Assembly: GCF_001949145.1 (NCBI RefSeq) | Contig: NW_019091359.1 | Location: 186,001 to 212,651 of the forward strand | DNA: 26,651 nt | Source of the DNA: Acanthaster planci | Taxonomy: Eukaryota | Direction: 5' to 3' | Part shown: positions 23,593 through 26,651 of the stretch, in pieces | Layout of the letters: the number at the start of each line of letters is the position of its first letter | Numbering within the stretch: the first letter of the stretch is position 1 | The notes under the pieces: model-generated | What the model was told of the DNA's origin: nothing | Databases searched by the model: none | What the model saw: the letters and a program-made list of their open reading frames with translations, nothing else | Program-made: the position numbers and the translations under genes

Positions 23593-23778
23593 ATTGCCAA
23601 GCGAGTTTTGTCTGCACCTGCGATTGCAGCAAGACTTCACCTCAACAGCCAGGAAAACCCTGCATAGAAACTTCACCCCTAAATGAGAATGGGACTGCTC
23701 CGTCTGCAGCACACTCCCGGGGCAGCAGTGGAACCTGCCAACCCTCGCTGGCCCCCAGTGGAAGTGGCTGCAATCAAG
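23593..23778 (+). CDS. BRIP1: BRIP1 coding exon 4 (DCQASFVCTCDCSKTSPQQ...SGCNQ)
   Basis: gtttgtcttcag| acceptor and open frame. CTCDCSK resembles human CCCACHSK (recalled). Donor placed at CAAG|gtgatg because the next exon needs phase 1, so the 3' boundary is less certain. Confidence 0.75.
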
Positions 23779-23915
23779 GTGATGATGCGGGAACAAGGTT
23801 GACCACTTGTTATTTAGGATACACCATAGAGATATCTCAAGTGATTTTGAGAAAGTATCAACCCTGTAAAGAGGTGGTCTTGACATTTTTAACAGTACAT
23901 TCTGTTTATCCTTAA

Positions 23916-24320
23916 CCCTCAGCCCCGGGGGAGGGGGAAAGGAATTTGGCCCATCTCAACATTTTCTCTGATATCGTGGTGCAGTTTTTTTTCCCCTGTG
24001 TCGAGTCTTCAGTTTTCCAGTAACGTAGAAATAATCATTTTGACACCAAGTTTATAAAAATTATAAAGATATCAATTTTTCCAAGAAAGGTCAGCGTAAA
24101 AGTTAACTTTTCCCATTGGCATCTTTTCATTGTATATCAGGGCATGAACTATTAATGACCAAAACAACAAAATCTCATGTCCCATTGAATTGGATCTTCA
24201 CAGACATTCTCATAATGAATGTCTTTACCTGTATATCGAATTCAGAAATGAACCAGGCGTAGTACAGCCAATATTCTGTGAGATGGTCCCACTGTTAGGT
24301 TTTAGAAAATTCTTTCAGGG
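23916..24320. mobile_element. Possible decayed TTAA-flanked element
   Basis: TTAA|CCCTCAGCCCCGGGGGAGGGGG start and AGGG|TTAA end. The TIR match is only about 4 bp. Confidence 0.3.
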
Positions 24321-24539
24321 TTAAATCCCAAACTTGGAATATCGTGTGTTGGGAATAGCTTGGCCCCCTAACATGGAGAACTGTGATTTTCTGACCAAGA
24401 TATTATTCTAATAATAGTTTTGCCCAATTTACATCTTCATTTGTTCCGCATGCCATTTTTTTTGGTTTTAAAGTCAAACATTGACCTTTCTGAGGTTTCT
24501 GAATGATTTTTTATTCAAATTGCAGAGGAGAGTTCCCAG

Positions 24540-24914
24540 TAGGGCTGTGCCATATATCTGAATATTCGATCGATTATCGAATACTCGAATGTTTTTATCT
24601 GAATTTGAATAACTTGAATGCAAAATTCATGAAAAGGAAGGGAGAATTTTGTTTTGTTTTAAATGAGAAGAACTGCACTGTGGAGGCTTGTTTCAAGCAG
24701 ATTCAAATGAAGAGCAACAGAATTACAACAATTTAGAAAGTAAATTATTTATTGAAAGATTTGAAAGGAATAGAAATTTTCAACAGGGCAAGAAGGACTG
24801 TTCATCTCGTAAATCTTGCAACTGATTTTCTATTTGGCTTGTTCATAAAAAATCTGCCGGTTGGTGCGACCGAATATTCGAACAGAGTGAATTATTCGAA
24901 TTGACTCAGCTCTC
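24540..24914. mobile_element. hAT-like MITE in a BRIP1 intron
   Basis: TAGGGCTGTG ... CTCAGCTCTC ends, subterminal GAATATTCG-type repeats at both ends, degenerate 8-bp TSD GTTCCCAG/GTTCAAAG. Confidence 0.7.
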
Positions 24915-25044
24915 GTTCAAAGGCCCTCAAAATTAAAACCTGAAGCCCAATGCATATATCCAATTAGTTGCCGAAAGAGGAACCAAAAAAGTCACTCAGT
25001 GCATTTACTCTAAAAAGCTTAGCGTCTTTGTTATTTCTCTGCAG

Positions 25045-25142
25045 AGGAGAACTCCAGAAGTTTGAAGATAGAAGTTGCAGATGGAGACGACGCTGATTTC
25101 CAGCCAAGTAAAAAGAGATTCCGGACCTCTGGCACTACAGGG
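25045..25142 (+). CDS. BRIP1: BRIP1 coding exon 5 (EENSRSLKIEVADGDDADFQPSKKRFRTSGTTG)
   Basis: ttatttctctgcag| acceptor, GGG|gtatgt donor. DFQPSKKRFR resembles human DFQVEKKRIR, a basic NLS-like motif (recalled). Confidence 0.85.
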
Positions 25143-25557
25143 GTATGTAAATCTTGTGTGTTGAGCATCGTTTCAAATTGATGCCGTGATGTGGAATCTG
25201 AAGTTTTGTCATACCACTGTCTTGAATGCTATATTTTCATCGGCCAAAATGTAGCCGTCGACAAAAATTGCAGTGTTCCAACAACTGATCACATCATATG
25301 CTAGTTCACTGCTCACACTAGAGTTTACGATTATCAAGTGTTGTAAAGTTATTTATCCTTATTCCCAAATGTACAAATATTCAGGTAATTACAAGAACAG
25401 TTTCCCGATTTGGAGATTGAGTACAGTATAAAGTGAAGGAGTAACTACAAAAAGGTCACACTTTATGTCTTCATTTTTGAAAAAAGATGCCATTTTTATG
25501 TCAGTGCAACGTAAGATTATATGCTTTATATTGGCACCGTGTATCTGTGTGATACAG

Positions 25558-25687
25558 GGAACCTGTAAAAAAAGTAAAGGTGCCAAGGGTGTTGTGTTTG
25601 ATGACCCATCTGATGACGACTCCCCAGAGGCGAAGACCCACCCCCACACAAAGGCTCACTGGCAGATGAAACTCAATGGAGAATCGG
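25558..25687 (+). CDS. BRIP1: BRIP1 coding exon 6 (GTCKKSKGAKGVVFDDPSDDDSPEAKTHPHTKAHWQMKLNGES)
   Basis: gtgatacag| acceptor in phase 0, G|gtaatg donor in phase 1, open and phase-compatible with both neighbours. Confidence 0.75.
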
Positions 25688-25925
25688 GTAATGATGTGAC
25701 AAGTTTGGCAAGACACAGTTTAATTGGAGCAAAAATTTCTGGCCTCTTGTTTTTGATTGGCTTTAATAAACCACCCCCCCCGACAAGACATGGAAGGGAG
25801 GTTGTTGGGGATGGTTTGAGCACTTGCACTTTCCGTGGTTAAGAGTTGGCAAACCAGAATGACGCCACTCTAAGACAATGCATTTGCAGATAGAGTGACC
25901 AAAATTAACATGTTGAAAAAGACAA

Positions 25926-26034
25926 CAGTAGCGTATCCAGGGTGGGGAAACTTGCTTTCCCCCTCCTTCCCCGAGACATGTTGCCAATTTCCATTCCCCC
26001 CCTCCCCCCAAACCAGAACTTGGATATGCCACTG
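25926..26034. mobile_element. Short hAT-like MITE
   Basis: TIRs CAGTAGCGTATCCA / TGGATATGCCACTG, 8-bp TSD AAAGACAA/AAAGACAT (7/8). Confidence 0.78.
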
Positions 26035-26166
26035 AAAGACATTACCGCCAGAAGTAGCAAGAGCCAGTGTCTATTGTTCACCTTCACTGAGAAAATAAAT
26101 CTGTGCCTCGGGCCTGTTGGTGAAATCATACTGTAAAAGACCTAAAATTTGCTGTTTCCCCCACAG

Positions 26167-26266
26167 TCGGCCAAGTTTCTGCACAGTCACCTTGCTCATG
26201 TCCCTGCCATTCTTCCAAGGTAAAAGATCCAGACGAAAAGCAGACAGAAGCCTACAAACGCAAGAA
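26167..26266 (+). CDS. BRIP1: BRIP1 coding exon 7 (VGQVSAQSPCSCPCHSSKVKDPDEKQTEAYKRK); gene continues beyond the window
   Basis: gctgtttcccccacag| acceptor in phase 1, AA|gtgagt donor (alternative donor AAG|gtaaaa at 26219). Cys cluster plus basic run, as precedes motif Ia in FANCJ. Confidence 0.75.
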
Positions 26267-26651
26267 GTGAGTTCGTCTAGAAACAGTCGAGAAGTAAATT
26301 TTTTTACTACAAAAGAGACGACGTTTGCAATGTTAAACTGAACAAACATTCATTCCTTTGTATTTTAACAGTGTAATTACCAAAGTAAGCTCCTTTTATG
26401 TGAGCCAAAAATGTTTACTGAATTCATAGTATCCTGTTATTTGAAACAAGTTTGAAAATGAGATAATTGCTTGTTTTCTTAGTTATTCAGGTGTTGATAG
26501 TAGTAAATGACTTAAACTCATCCTCAACAAAGATAATGAACACTTTGAAGGGTAACTTAAATCAGGTAATATGTAAGACATGTCAAAAGTTGGCTTTCAG
26601 GGTTATAATCAGTATGTAGACCTGCCTGTATATTGGCGAAGACCCAAACCC

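Noticed and set aside
24511..24539. TGCAGAGGAGA copy of the BRIP1 exon-5 acceptor
   Set aside because: Only 11 nt are identical, and similarity does not resume after removing the MITE.
26473..26551. Possible further BRIP1 exon
   Set aside because: Lacks the expected motif Ia (PKIYFGTRTH-like), and its open frame does not fit the phase-2 donor at 26266.

Overview
AT-rich eukaryotic genomic DNA with GT-AG introns, a tRNA-SINE, many MITEs and frequent TACATGTA motifs, most consistent with a marine invertebrate animal (species not determinable). Two genes lie head-to-head. On the minus strand is the 5' end of a LIM-domain kinase (LIMK) gene: a 16-nt first coding exon (18989-18974, MGSEE-G) and a 94-nt second exon (15302-15209, QDPVCISCSQKIVDEHLVQALESEWHIRCF, first half of LIM1), followed by a very long intron running off the left edge. 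That intron holds a probable alternative first exon (ATG 1704, phase-2 donor 1565) that would give a LIMK2b-like isoform lacking half of LIM1, a candidate in-frame 96-nt cassette exon, and a double-CArG plus TEAD enhancer-like cluster. On the plus strand are the first seven coding exons of BRIP1/FANCJ helicase (21341-26266, about 261 codons, continuing off the right edge), with an E2F/CDE-CHR promoter signature at 19420-19448. Introns carry a SINE, Sola2-, Ginger-, piggyBac- and hAT-like non-autonomous elements, a Crypton-like remnant and short tandem repeats. Almost all ORFs in the supplied track are spurious, and several real exons are absent from it or shown in the wrong frame. Homology calls are from memory, not from database searches.
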